A DNA stretch of 63,946 nucleotides, counting the filler, from Asterionella formosa (lineage: Eukaryota), in the NCBI GenBank assembly GCA_002256025.1. It is 5 parts of 5 records of this genome, joined end to end, with 100 filler letters (N's around TTAATTAATTAA, not from the genome) between each part and the next. Parts side by side here need not be neighbours in the genome. Positions count along the whole stretch, not along the records: positions 39,597 to 52,690 come from NKIB01006954.1; positions 52,791 to 63,946 come from NKIB01007994.1; 3 more parts are not named here. The stretch is one strand, 5' to 3'. The notes below the pieces were generated by a model. It saw nothing but the letters and a program-made list of their open reading frames with translations, was not told where the DNA came from and searched no databases. The translations under genes were made by a program, and so were the position numbers. Below, in pieces: positions 46,986 through 59,378 of this stretch. Numbering within the stretch: the first letter of the stretch is position 1; every line of letters starts with the position of its first letter.

Positions 46986-48995
46986 CTAGAGGGATGTATG
47001 TGAGAGTGTGGATGTTCGACCCTCTTCCAAATCATCATCTGGTAACTGAGCAATGGTTGGTTCTGGCAATGACATTTGATGAGAATCACCTGTAGCTTGA
47101 TGTTCTGGTCGCCATATTCGCAACAGGTTCACTACTTCTTGACGAAACTCTTGTCGTCCAGGTGGAAATGGTCGAGTTGGTAAGGATGGAGCGGTTGATG
47201 TTGTTATTGCTCCTGCTATTGTTGATGCTGCTGCCATTTCTTGATAACATGATGGAATATCTGCCCGACATACTGGGCATGTTCGTGCTTGTCTCAACCA
47301 TTCTTGACAACATTGTCTATGAAAGACATGATCACATTCAGTCACTACAATAGTATCCAATATTTCATCAAATTCACCCATACATATACAGCATTCCCCC
47401 TCAAATGTATCAAGTCGTCGTAGCAAATCAATGGTACCTGGAGGTGCACCTTCTCTTGAATATGCCGCAGGTCCAATGATTGTCCGTGGTTCTTGATGAT
47501 GTGCATCTGATGCAGGTGTATATCCATTCCAAGTCAGTAATGCAGCCACAAAACAAAATGGGACCAAGTATCCCAAAATAATGGTAGACCATGCAGCCAC
47601 AGAGAGTGAAATGAAAACAGTACAAGCTTTAAATAGCATTGGTGCTGTTTGTGGACATGTGCTGCCATGTGATAGAAATACAGAATCCACCCCCATTTTC
47701 AAAACAAGGAGGGCATAGAATAGATATGTAACATTGTACATAATTATTCGAATAGGAATTCGTTCATTGGCAGAATTGGTTGGTTCCCATAAAAAGACAA
47801 TCCTCATAATATCCGCTCGAAAGACATCCAGAATCAACTGTACAGTTGCCAACCAAAAGTACAGTTTGAGTCGAACGTCACATTTCTTTTCAATGGCCAC
47901 AACATAGGCACTTGTCATGGCTACCCAACAAACGAGAATAGCAAATAAAAGGAATGAAAAGATCAATGCCACAATGGTAATTGTCAATTGAAATCTCCGA
48001 TTGATCTGTACCCACCGTGTCCGTGCTTGTCTATTTGGATCGAAATTATTGTCATTATCATGCAGAAATGATGAATGGACAGTAATTTCTTCTCTATACC
48101 TTGGATCATTGAGTAAATCTCTCATTTGTATTCCCTCTGGTTCACTCAAGGTCCTTTGTCGTGAAGGTTGTTCTGTATTTGATGTCATGGCCATCATCAT
48201 TAAGTCATCTGATGTAGTTCTGGGTGGCGCAGTCATATGATTAGTAGTAGTAGTAGTTCTTGTTGAATGTCGATGAGCCCGAATCCATCGTCGCAATCTC
48301 ACCATACCAGCATCTAATGATGCTCGTATTCCTGATGATTCTTCAATGGTTTCAGGTACACCTGATGTTGGCCTAGTAAAACTAGCATGTGATGAAAATC
48401 CTCGTCGCCCAGCAGTAGACCTTCGTCGAATAGATGTGGGAGTAGATGTTGTTGATGAATCTGAAGAATTTGTATCAGCCGATGATCCTTCGTCCTCCAT
48501 CATTACTATTGATGATGATGATGATAATATGCCTTGTTGTTGTTGTTGTTGTTGTTGTTGTAATCGATAATGATGGTAGGATGGACGTTGTCGATGGGAT
48601 CGTCCAGTAGTAGTAGTTGTTGTTGTTGCTGCTGTTGTCGCACTTGTCGATGGTGATCGTATTGGATCATGCCAGAGTGGTGTTCTTGCTGCAGTAGTAA
48701 GAGGAGAAGTAGTAGTAGTAATAGCAGTAGTGGGAGTAGTAGTAGCGGATGGTGTCATTACAAAAGGAGTCTCTACACTGCGACCCACCATGTCCCAATG
48801 CAAATCATAATCATACCGAGATGCAGCATCATGAGTGGACAAGGAGGTATTGTCCGAGTGATAACTGTTATTGCTATTGATACTGATATCGGCAATTTGT
48901 GAAACCATGGGACGATCCTGTGAATCTGTTTCGTCAAGAACAACACACTCGTCATCGCATAGTGCTACCGGTAATAGCTCCTCCTCCATAGCCAT
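46986..48995 (-). CDS. Multi-pass membrane RING-H2 E3 ubiquitin ligase
   Basis: About four hydrophobic segments, then CCICMGEF..CDHVFHRQC..WL..CPVC; low-complexity T/S/Q N-terminus. Confidence 0.9.
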   Translation of the reverse strand: MAMEEELLPVALCDDECVVLDETDSQDRPMVSQIADISINSNNSYHSDNTSLSTHDAASRYDYDLHWDMVGRSVETPFVMTPSATTTPTTAITTTTSPLTTAARTPLWHDPIRSPSTSATTAATTTTTTTGRSHRQRPSYHHYRLQQQQQQQQQGILSSSSSIVMMEDEGSSADTNSSDSSTTSTPTSIRRRSTAGRRGFSSHASFTRPTSGVPETIEESSGIRASLDAGMVRLRRWIRAHRHSTRTTTTTNHMTAPPRTTSDDLMMMAMTSNTEQPSRQRTLSEPEGIQMRDLLNDPRYREEITVHSSFLHDNDNNFDPNRQARTRWVQINRRFQLTITIVALIFSFLLFAILVCWVAMTSAYVVAIEKKCDVRLKLYFWLATVQLILDVFRADIMRIVFLWEPTNSANERIPIRIIMYNVTYLFYALLVLKMGVDSVFLSHGSTCPQTAPMLFKACTVFISLSVAAWSTIILGYLVPFCFVAALLTWNGYTPASDAHHQEPRTIIGPAAYSREGAPPGTIDLLRRLDTFEGECCICMGEFDEILDTIVVTECDHVFHRQCCQEWLRQARTCPVCRADIPSCYQEMAAASTIAGAITTSTAPSLPTRPFPPGRQEFRQEVVNLLRIWRPEHQATGDSHQMSLPEPTIAQLPDDDLEEGRTSTLSHTSL

Positions 48996-50899
48996 GGCAG
49001 GCCAACCGGTACTCTGTTTGCTGTGATAGTAGAAGGTGCTTCTGCTGCTCGTGGATCTGATTTGACAAACTACAAATATAGAATGAAATTACAAGGGAAT
49101 GGAATTGAATTAGAATGGAATGGATTGGAATGGAATTAGAATGGACTGCCAGCAACGATCACGACTAAAGGGTTTTAAGATAGTGTGCCGGGGGATGAAC
49201 GAGTCCAGAGAGTCAGGTCAGGTGAAGTCAGATCAGGTCCGATCGCTCCAACTAAGACATGTAATGCACCGTCGTACCTGGTACCCCTGGTACTTTATGT
49301 ACCACCGGTATAGCAGAGCAGGTTCCCAAAATGCACTAATGATGATGTGTACTGCATCAATTTTCTTCTTGTGCTGCGTTACTACCGGTAAGGAAATTAT
49401 TAGAAGATGGTGTACCGGTATGCAGCTGTTCATTGTATGAATGATGTACATCGGTACCGGTAATCTTGCAACATACGATACAAACTACCGGTATGTACCA
49501 GGTACGGTACTGCATTTGTCGTTTCAGGTACTGGTGGTATAACTGCTGGCTGGAGTCTACGGCAATGGTGGTAGTATTTGCTTTGCTTCGTCTGGGTTTC
49601 ATGGGATTGCCATGTCTTGTCGAGCAGGCCGTGGCTCTGCCTGTCCTACCGGTATGTATCGTTCGTACACTTCTTTCTATACTGTGAATGCATACCGTTG
49701 AACCAGGTACCGTACCGCTAAAATAAAATCAAGCACAAATATCCAGTATACTGTTCCGGTAGCCAGGCAGGTTTACTATTTTCTTTACCGGTAGGAACGC
49801 ACTGGTGCTTCATTAGAATAAGATTCCCTGGTCCGCCCGCCTCATTTCAGTCCTCATGAACCACCTCCTGCGCGACTGTGATCAAACATGCATACCGGTA
49901 CCATGCTACCAATACCATGGTATCTGGTACCAGTACTCCTAACATTTAGTCCTAAACTACCGTACACTTACCACGTAGACAAATAAACTCGTAACATTTG
50001 GTATGTATGATAAGTGGAGCTAAGTTACGAAGTGTGACTGACTATTGGAATGACTCGGAGGACTCAAATAGAGTACCTGTAGTACCACAACGGAATCAAA
50101 CAATGATGGCGAATTTTGAATGAAGCCCCAAAGTGGAATGGGTGTGGATATTTCCAAGATCAGTAGCAAATAGCGACAAAGGGTCCATCCTGAGTTACTA
50201 GAGGTGCATCCAATGGGGACGAAAACAGCAAGCTACTCGCAAAATAATCAGCTTGCCATTAAACAAAATCATGAGCAGATATTGGAAAGAAAGGTGAACA
50301 CACAACAAGATGAACTTTTTGTTCAAGATTTTCTCTCTTGATAGTAAGATTTCAGAGGAAGCCAAAAGGTGGTTTTGCTATGCAGGCTCAAGATGTATGG
50401 AGGAGATGGAGGTTATTTCAAAACCTTCACACACAAAAACCAAGACTGGTTCTTTGGAGTCAGATAGTTCAGTTGAAATTGATAGTTCAACTTCTCATTC
50501 ACCAACTACTGATGATACGGTTTCGATTCTAGAGACTCCTGGACAACTAGCTAGAGTATTAGCTAAACTATTTTGATTTTGGTGACATTACATTATATTA
50601 GTATGTCATTGTCACCAATCTATAACTTGTACTCGGAGTATTTATGATCTGACAAGTTGCTATCATCACTCATTTTCACAGTAAATACAAATAATAGTTG
50701 TATAAAGCCACAATTTTCTATGAACAATATTCAAGTAGTACATAGTTGTGGTACCTGGTAGTTTTCGACGGGCAGTGCCAGTTGCGGTATGGGGATTGCT
50801 AGCTGTGTAAGATACACACGTAACTACACTCTCGCTCTATTTCTATTACTGGTAGCTAAAAATTCAGGCGCGAGATTTGACTACTATAGGAGTAGATTG

Positions 50900-51066
50900 T
50901 GTTGAGGGGAACCTTATCGTGAATAAAGGTGAACTACAATATTATGACTATTCTATTGCTGTTCCAAGTACATCGTTGTTAGCACTCACGCATGTACCTA
51001 ATCTGGTGGCTGCGCCGGTATGGTTTGTACGGCGCATGTATGGAGCATCATATGCAGATATTAACA
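50900..51066 (-). repeat. 3' LTR of copia (CoDi-like) element
   Basis: On the minus strand starts TGTT directly after the purine-rich tract GGTGAGGGTG (51067-51076) and ends CTCAACA at 50900. Confidence 0.6.
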
Positions 51067-52690
51067 CACCCTCACCAACAGATGCAGGCAGAAGAACAGG
51101 AGTGGGGGTGGAGATGATATCAGCATCGGAAGCCAAGCACGCATAATAGTTAGGAGGACTAGGGAGGGATGGAGGGCAATGGAGATAGTGCGGGCGCATC
51201 AACATATGATGGGAAGCGGGATGATGTTTAGTGAAATAATCAGCACGATTCAAACTACCTTTTTTCCAGTATACAAGAAATTGGCCTTGGCGAACCCAAT
51301 CGCGTACCCAGTAATAACGCATATCCATAGCTTTGGAACGTTTTTGTCGGACAGTATCATTGGCGATGCCACTGGCAGTGCTATTATCGGTGACAATACG
51401 GGTAGAAGGTTGGGGATGACCAAGCTCAACAAGAATGGTGCGAATAGCATATGCCTCTTTGCCATTGTGGAATAAAGCAGCTAATTCAGCCTCAGCAGCA
51501 CTTGATACAACCTCCTTAAGAATTTGACAGTGGACGTAAATAGCACCGTTAAGAGGAGGGATGGATGTAGTGAGGCTAGGTGGAGACACGGGTTTACAGC
51601 TGAGAAAGTGAATGCCGGCAGCGCGGGAGCGACCACGTGTTTCAGAGAGATAGGAAGCATCGCTTTCAACATGGAGGACCATGTCACTGGCAGTAAAGCG
51701 AAGTGTGGCCTCAGGATGCGTGGCACAATAATTGAGAAGGTGAGTAATAGCAGTCAAGGTAGCCACAGTGGGGGTTGCTTGTTGTGTAGCCAATGTACCA
51801 AGGGCCGGCAACATAGTACAATCAATAGCACGGGCATAATACAATAAAGTACCAAGAATCTCTTGCACACGTGTTTTATCATGGAGGTCAAGGACAGGGG
51901 TGACATCAGAAACAACAAATTGCTGGCGAGCGCCATAACTAGGTGCAGTCCAGGCATGGGGGGCATGTTGTGGGTGTGTTGGAGTGGAGTGTGTGAATCG
52001 TTGTAGAGCACGAACAATGTAACCAGGCAAAGTGAGGTCAACTGTGCAATGTTCATAGTCCCACGTCAGTGTAAGGCCAATGTATCGAGAGCCAGTCCAA
52101 TCAGTTGTGAGTCGGTATTTGGTACGTAAAGTGGTGAGGAGACGGTCCACGTCACTACGTTTGGTGTAACGTACACCAAAATCATCAACAACAAGCGTAA
52201 ACATGAGATCACTGGTGGTATCCATCCATAGGCCAGGGGTGACTGGGCAGGGGAGGTAATGATGTGGTAGCAAGAACTGAGCAAGTTGATCATTGGCAAG
52301 TTTACCAGCTTGAGGCAGCCCATACATGCCACGACGGATTTCGGCATAGATGTGCCCATCAATGATTTTTGGAGCTAGGTTGTAGAGGGTTTGAATGTGT
52401 GGGGGAATCATCCATATAGGGATGCGCACGTATTCATACTCGGCAGGTGCAAGATGACTTTCCAGATAAAAATCAGATAAATCCAGAGTCATGAAGCGGC
52501 CACCGGGGGTACTGATGGTGCTGTTGAACAAACATTTTGCAGTAGTGAGATCAGCAGTCTTGGTGCTGACATTGCCAGTGTAAATGACACGATCACCCCC
52601 AGCAGTCCAACGAACGCGTTGGGGAATGGTTTTTTCAGGGCGATCGGCACACACAATGCGGATGTAAGTGGCGCGTTTGTGTGAGGGCAT
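50948..52690 (-). mobile_element. Ty1/copia (CoDi-like) pol RT-RNase H region, uninterrupted, truncated at contig end
   Basis: MYGLPQAG, LVVDDFGV, ESDASY, SSAAEAE, TDNSTA, KAMDMRYYW and NRADYFTK in one 580-aa frame. Confidence 0.95.
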
Positions 52691-52790
52691 NNNNNNNNNN
52701 NNNNNNNNNNNNNNNNNNNNNNNNNNNNNNNNNNTTAATTAATTAANNNNNNNNNNNNNNNNNNNNNNNNNNNNNNNNNNNNNNNNNNNN
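52691..52790. other. Artificial contig spacer
   Basis: N44-TTAATTAATTAA-N44. Confidence 0.97.
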
Positions 52791-52929
52791 GCAAATAAAA
52801 ACTATCATATTTCCATGATGCATCATAGGATTGTGATCATCTGATCATAATTTTTCGTTGTATCATCTAATAATTTTGATAAATGCCCTTGTAATTTAAA
52901 TAGTAACCCTTTTGACTACATATATTTAA

Positions 52930-54720
52930 TTATTATATGTATTGTTTCTATTTGATTCCTGTATTCGAATTTCTTGGTAGGATAATGTACCAGTTCAAGT
53001 AATGTAATTTGGCTCATCATTTCCATCCGTCATCACTCCGATTTTTGCAACAACAAGGAAATACTAGTGATGACAAGCGGAATGAATGTTTGCGATAACG
53101 TCTTCAATTTGTTGGTCAAGTGATCATTTTATCTTCAAGTAATCGTCATGTGCAGTGAACCTTTGTTCATAATCATTCAATTAAGAGTTTACAGGAGAGA
53201 AGAAATCATTCGAACTCGTAATGGTTCCGCACACAGCGCACAAAGTAAATCCGTTTCATCGACTTCAGCATTGTTGATTGTAGAGTTTACAGTAGACTGC
53301 CAGACTACTAGAAAAAAAATTATGGTCCTTGCTTGTTGAGCATCGTTGAGCCTTGCAAGTCGCTGTAGCTAGTGAGTCGAAATTGAGATGTGCCGCAATG
53401 GCCTTCTTCTCTTCGGAGCAGCTACAAATAGTCTACAGAAAAACTCTAGCAACTAGAAAAAGAAGCAAAGTATGAGCAGCTTTCAACGATTGAATTCGTA
53501 AAATCGTTTAGAAACAGCTGTTTCATATTTTAACATTCAATGCATGTCGCCGTAGTGAGGAGTCAGAATTGAGATGTGCCTCAATGGCCTTCTCTGTTTC
53601 GACGAAGCTACAAATAGTCTACATCGATAACTTTAGCAAGTACAAAATAGAAAAAGAAACAAACTATGAGTAGCTGTCAAAGATTGAATTGGTAAAATTG
53701 TTTAAGAACAGCTGTTGCATATTTTAATATTCAATGCATATCGCCGTAGTGAGTCGAAATTGAGATGTGCCTAAATGGCCTTCTCCGTTTCGGAGCGGCT
53801 ACAAATAGTCTACAGCGATAACCCTAACAAGTACAACATAGAGAAAGAAGCAGAAGAGGATCAGCTGTCAACGATTGAATTCGTAAAATTGTTTAGAAAC
53901 AGCTGTTGCATACTTTTACATTCAATGCATGTCGCCGTAGTGAGTCAAAATTGAGATGTGCGTGCCGCAATGGCATTCTCCGTTTCGACGAAGCTACAAA
54001 TGGTCTACATCGATAAATTTAGTAGCAAGCACAATATAGAAAAAGAGTCAAAGGATGAATAGCTGTCAACGATTGAATTCATAAATCAGTAATATTAGTA
54101 ATAATTTTGGTTCCTAGTTCATTTGCCATTTGACAATGGTCAATTCGTCAAAATTGAAATTCACCCTAAACTGGATTGAAGTTCAATTGTCTTGCAACAT
54201 TTTTCATTGACCGTTTGAAATACTCATATTCACTCCTAGTTTCATTTGCCACCTTGATTCTTTCATCTGTCGTCTCCACTGATTCTTCGTCTAATTTGCT
54301 TTTCTTGAACATGTAAAAGTCCCTGTGCAACTTTGCGTAACTCTTCTTCTTTGCCACTTTGTATTTCCTCTCGCCCTTTTCTGCCACCTCCTCGAATTTC
54401 TTAATGTATCTCCCATCATTCTTTATTCCTTTCTTTCATTTCATCTCCAAAAGGTTCGGGGGGGGGGAATGTTCTGATCAATACAAGCCATATAGATTTC
54501 CCTCTTTTTCTTCATCCGAAGCTCCATATACATTGTTTTCTTCATCTCTTGGAAGTACCAATCTGTGGCACCCTTGACTTGGTCTGGGGGGAAGTGAATA
54601 ATCACGTTCGAACTCTTTGCACTCTCAGTACTACCAGTTATTATCGTTGAAGTTCTTCCTGAAATAAGTGGTGGAGACAATCCACTGATGGAAGTTGCCG
54701 AAGTGTGCTTACTGGAAGAA
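52930..54720 (-). pseudogene. Fragmented gene of unknown function containing the 190-bp array; possible Cys/His finger remnant
   Basis: Lys/Glu-rich ORF pieces at 54166-54680; downstream frame ..DETDLLCALCAEP.. and later HSAC; disrupted. Confidence 0.35.
53370..54082. repeat. Tandem array of about four ~190-bp units
   Basis: TAGTGAG..AATTGAGATGTGC at 53370, 53553, 53747 and 53938 (periods 183, 194, 191); conserved GCTACAAAT.GTCTACA and GATTGAATT. Confidence 0.95.
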
Positions 54721-55329
54721 AAATGGCTACTAGATCATTAGGAACTCTAATGCTGGCAGGCACACTGCTGTTGTTCCCTGGCGTAATATCAATGAAAATG
54801 TGCATCAGTTAGTCAATAATTTCCATGAACATCAGTTCAACAATACCACTGGGTTTGATTGCTGGAGGGTAAGAAATCAGTATTTGTATGGAGACTCAGA
54901 AGAAGAGCAAGAAAAACTTTTACACCTGGACCTGGATACTTTGATTACTTATTTAGCTATATGATATGAAAGAGATGATTAATCCACGTGATTCAGCATT
55001 GTTTCTACTCCAAAGACTGGTTCGACAGAAACATCATACATTGGAACAAAAAACTGCTAGTATGGGTGAAAACAGTGAATATCTCAATTCAGAGTTGGCA
55101 GAAAGAAGGGGGGACTACTCTGGGAGAAGGAGCTCGGCTCCGCCTTGCCCATCAGATCGAAAGGTTGGAGGGACGTCGGCCAAGAGTTCGCTTCCGGCAT
55201 GAGCTCTCGTAATGCTAGCCTCTGTGTGCTTGTCTCCATGGCCCAAGTGCGATTATAAGTTTAGATATCATAACGTACTCTAAAAATTTTATTTATATCC
55301 TAACCGCTTCACCCTTGTCTACAATGCAC

Positions 55330-57620
55330 AAAAGAAAGCGGCCAAATGTGCACGCAAGGGAGCAATAATGCTTCTCATACCACCAACAAGAAGTCTACTT
55401 ATGACAAAAGCAACTATTACCTTGGATCAGCAAAGCAGGCATCTCACTATGAAACTACTACAGAGTACTTGATTAGCTAATGATATCAAGAAAGTGTTCG
55501 ACTATAGCGAAGACATGCATAGGAACTGCGCTTGAGTTATTAGAACCAACGAACACATCGGCATGGAAGCCAAGAATGCAGATGAGCCTTGCGACTACAG
55601 AAAAAGGTTGCGCTGCAGAGAATCGGCAATATGAAATCGAATTCAAGGATAAGTATGACGCCTACTATGATAGCAAAAGTGTACAGACCTATGAAAACAA
55701 TCATAATACCAAGGCATATGCACTGCCATCATGGGAAAGATGCAACAAGGCCATGAAAAATAAGATTGAAGCGAGATCAGATTACACTATAATCAAAAAT
55801 AACCCAATAACACTGCTTATTGCAATTAAAAAACACGCACTAAATTATCAGGAGAATTAGTATGCAATGTTGATCATTATCGATGCGATGGAAAACGCTT
55901 TTTACCACAAAGCAGAGTGAGGGAAGGAGAAAGTCTAAAAGATTATACAAAGTGGTTTCATGTGGCATGAGATGTGCTCACATCCCACATTGGGGGCCTA
56001 TAATCCTAACCAGGTTCGTTGAAGCCATGGATGGGTACAACAAGACAATTACCAAGAAGATGTGAGATAAATTTCGTGAACAGGCTGTCATCTAATTCCT
56101 GGCCTTCTTATGCAAACCTTGACACGCAACAGTCGCTTGTTGGCAATGATTAATAAGCGAAAAGTACCACCAAGTCAAACAATGTTCTCATTAATCATAG
56201 ATTCGATGTAAAAACTAAGCCCAGTGGTTGTAAGAATCCAGGGGATCATAACAACAAGCAAAGATAGGGATCAAAGAGATGCAGGGAAGAAGGAAGACAA
56301 AGAAGTGAACTTGTTGTTTGCACAACTAAAAGGAAAATGTTACTGCTGTGGAAGAGCGGGACATAAATCACTGTCATGATGTGAGAAGAATAAACCCAAA
56401 GAGGAATGGGCATCACCAACAAAGCTCAGCAACAAAACCATGCACACCAGGCACAGGCTACGACATCAGAAACAAGTATGGTGGTTACCTCTGTCACTTC
56501 CAACCCGCCCATATCATCACAAGCTTCACAACAAGCAAATGTCAATCAAGTTGGATGGGCGGGCGCTGATATCGAACTACAATTATATCAAGCATCTGAG
56601 ATGCATGACTGGATAATCAATCAAAGGGGGTAACGCACACCAGTCTTTTGCAATCCAAAAATGGTCAAGAACATTCGAGTTTCTACCAATGGAAGCATGC
56701 ACCTTGGTGCCACAAACAGTGGATCCATGGTCAGCACCTATATGAAGGCTGGTGATCTTCCACAATGGGGCGAAGTTTGGTTTAATGACAAGGCAATTAA
56801 TAAAATCTTCAGTTATGTTGAGCGAAATGGCAGACAGCAGGTACAGGATCACTTATGACTCTGAAAATGAAGATTCTTTTATTGTTCATTTGCCCAACAA
56901 CCAAAAGAGTCGGTCAATATGTTGATAGAACTCAGCCCTAGACTCATGAAAACTTTGTTGTATATGAAGGAAACAGCAGCAGCCAAGAAGGTCCTATATG
57001 TTAGGACAATCAAGGCACTATAGGGCATGTTACAGTCATCATTGTTGTATTACAAGAAATGTTGGAAGGATATTGAGTCAATTGTATTCAAAGTCAATCC
57101 TTACGATTCATACATTGCAAATCGCACTGTTAATGGCAAGCAGTACACAGTTACTTGGCATGTTGACAATTTGAAATCTAGTCATTTGGATAGCAAAGTG
57201 AATGCTCAATTTTTGGAATGGCTCAAGAAGAAGCAAATATGCTGCTTCTCACGAAATTGGTGAAATCAAGGTCATACGTGGAAATAAGTATGATTACTTG
57301 GCGATGACACTAGATTAATCTCTTCCAGGAGTGTGAGAGTTGATATGACTAAATAAGTGAAATCAATGATAGACAATTTCCCAAATAAACTTGAAGGTGT
57401 TGGAAAATTTCCCTGGACAGGAAAACTGTTCTCTGTCAATACAAAATCGAAGAAACTTGAATATGATAAGGGAAGATATTCCATACTTTGATTATGAAAG
57501 GAATGTTCCTTTGTAAACAAGGAAGACAGGACATTCAGCCAGGAATCACGTTTCTGGCAAGCCGAACTATTGAGCCAAATGAAGACGATTGGGCAAAATT
57601 AATCTATATTTTCTTGAAAG
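55330..57620 (+). mobile_element. Degenerate Ty1/copia retrotransposon (gag-PR-RT, integrase missing)
   Basis: gag-like KAYAL..WERCNKAMKNKIEAR, knuckle CYCCGRAGH (~56338), VFCNPKMVKNIR, then RT KAL*GMLQSSLLYY, NPYD, WHVDNLKSSH and RQDIQPGITFLASR..PNEDDWAKL. Confidence 0.85.
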
Positions 57621-57869
57621 GCAACTCAATGTATTGAATCAAATGAATCAAAAAGAATATCCGCACTCATAATTCTTTTAAATCATGTAGGCACGATTAC
57701 AATCGACCTCGTGTCATATCGTTATTCATACCAACGGCCTATTTGGTCCTTGAAGTATCCTTACAGAATACAAGAAAGCAATAGAAGGCTTTGGGACGGA
57801 CTTTCAGCACCAGGTACCGGTAACATCTCTGGCCAACCTTCCATGTAAATAACTCGGTTCTGTTTCCTC

Positions 57870-59357
57870 ATGGATGCCTTGGCCTGGGCATATGCTGGCG
57901 AAGGAGGCAAGCATGCTATTTTCCAATATATTGGTACTGGCGAATGGGAAGGACAAGTCATTCGGCTAAAGAAGAGCGATATTTGTGGAAGTGCCGTCAA
58001 CGCTCGGATGAAACGCGATGATTCAACTGCCTTTGTCAGAGATATTGTAATACCCTTACTTTCTCCCTACGTTGATTTGCCCCAGGAAATTCAACTGCCA
58101 TGGGACTTTGTTTTCGAGCTTCGACAGCAAGCGCTTGCAAGCAGAATGATACCAAGCGCTCGAATGAAAAGTTGGAACATTGCACTCCAGCAATTTCGGA
58201 ACAATCAAGTAGCAGTGCCAGCCACATTACTCTGGAACTATAAATGTTTTCCGGGAGATTCGTGTGCCGGTTGCCTTTCGCTAGAAATCAAACCAAAAGC
58301 TGGATATCTGGCAATATCGCCTCTCGTTAGCCATAAAAACCGAGCAAAACACAAGTACTCTCGCTTTGCGATCCTCCAGGACTTGGCTGCAAAGGGGATA
58401 ATTAAGAAAGGATGGCAATCGGAGGAAGACTTTTTAAAGAGCGCGTATAATCCTCTTGATTTTTTTTCAGGCGAATCGGAGAGAATAATCGCTTCGCTAC
58501 GAAACTTGTTTGTGCAACCACAAAACAATCTCAAGGCTTGGTATGAAAATCGTGAGCTATTTGGCATATCAGAGAAACACCCCGACTACGAGCACTTTTC
58601 CAGAAAGGCCGCCAGAGAAATATTTGGATGTGGTATCAACTACCTTGAGATGCAGCTGATCCCACTGTTGGCTGAGATCCTCTTGCAAGAGACCCTTTTG
58701 TCGGCATTGTTGCGGTTGCAGAAGCTGGATATCATTGACGCTGATGGAGCGATTCTTATTTTCAATCATTTGCTAGAATTATACCATGGTGATTTCGATG
58801 CTGTCAATCGAGTTCTAAGCGAACAACCGGTACTAATCAGCACAAATGATAGACAATCAAAACAGGGCCCTAGGATCTTGGAGTCGCCCTTCAAGGATCC
58901 AAACTGCCCAACGCTGAAAGCATTGACTGATGAGATTCAAAACTTTGCGAAAAATCTGATACATAACCAAATGGACAAGACAGCTATGGACCTGGCTTAT
59001 GAGCGCGCCATCACCTGTGTCACTCACCTCTCCAAGGAAGCCAGTGTATTTTTAATTCAAAACTGGCTTTTTTCGCTTGCTATATCCGACGTGTCCCTTT
59101 TCGTTTCGATTCGACGAGCTGACGGCTTTCAGTCGCCACATGATTGGCCATCGATAGAAGATGAAAAGCATTGTATCCTTTGTCCCCAATCTGATATCGG
59201 ACCAGGGCTAGTCGGAAAATTAACGATGGTAGATGGTAAGCAGGACTTCCAAAAATGGGCCTATTCCATCAAGCTTGTCGATTGCGATAACAAGCCCGTG
59301 TCTAAACTAGAATGTCGAGCAAAGGAGGAAACTATGATTCAATTCTTTCAAAGCTGA
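57870..59357 (+). CDS. IPK1: Inositol-pentakisphosphate 2-kinase
   Basis: YAGEGG, EIKPK, YNPLDFFSG, PQNNLK, LQKLD, DVSL and VDCDNKP motifs in canonical order. Confidence 0.9.
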   Translation: MDALAWAYAGEGGKHAIFQYIGTGEWEGQVIRLKKSDICGSAVNARMKRDDSTAFVRDIVIPLLSPYVDLPQEIQLPWDFVFELRQQALASRMIPSARMKSWNIALQQFRNNQVAVPATLLWNYKCFPGDSCAGCLSLEIKPKAGYLAISPLVSHKNRAKHKYSRFAILQDLAAKGIIKKGWQSEEDFLKSAYNPLDFFSGESERIIASLRNLFVQPQNNLKAWYENRELFGISEKHPDYEHFSRKAAREIFGCGINYLEMQLIPLLAEILLQETLLSALLRLQKLDIIDADGAILIFNHLLELYHGDFDAVNRVLSEQPVLISTNDRQSKQGPRILESPFKDPNCPTLKALTDEIQNFAKNLIHNQMDKTAMDLAYERAITCVTHLSKEASVFLIQNWLFSLAISDVSLFVSIRRADGFQSPHDWPSIEDEKHCILCPQSDIGPGLVGKLTMVDGKQDFQKWAYSIKLVDCDNKPVSKLECRAKEETMIQFFQS

Positions 59358-59378
59358 AGGATTTCGCTATACTCTTTC

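Noticed and set aside
53370..54082. CRISPR-like or other repeat-spacer array
   Set aside because: Full-length unit homology and no unique spacers.
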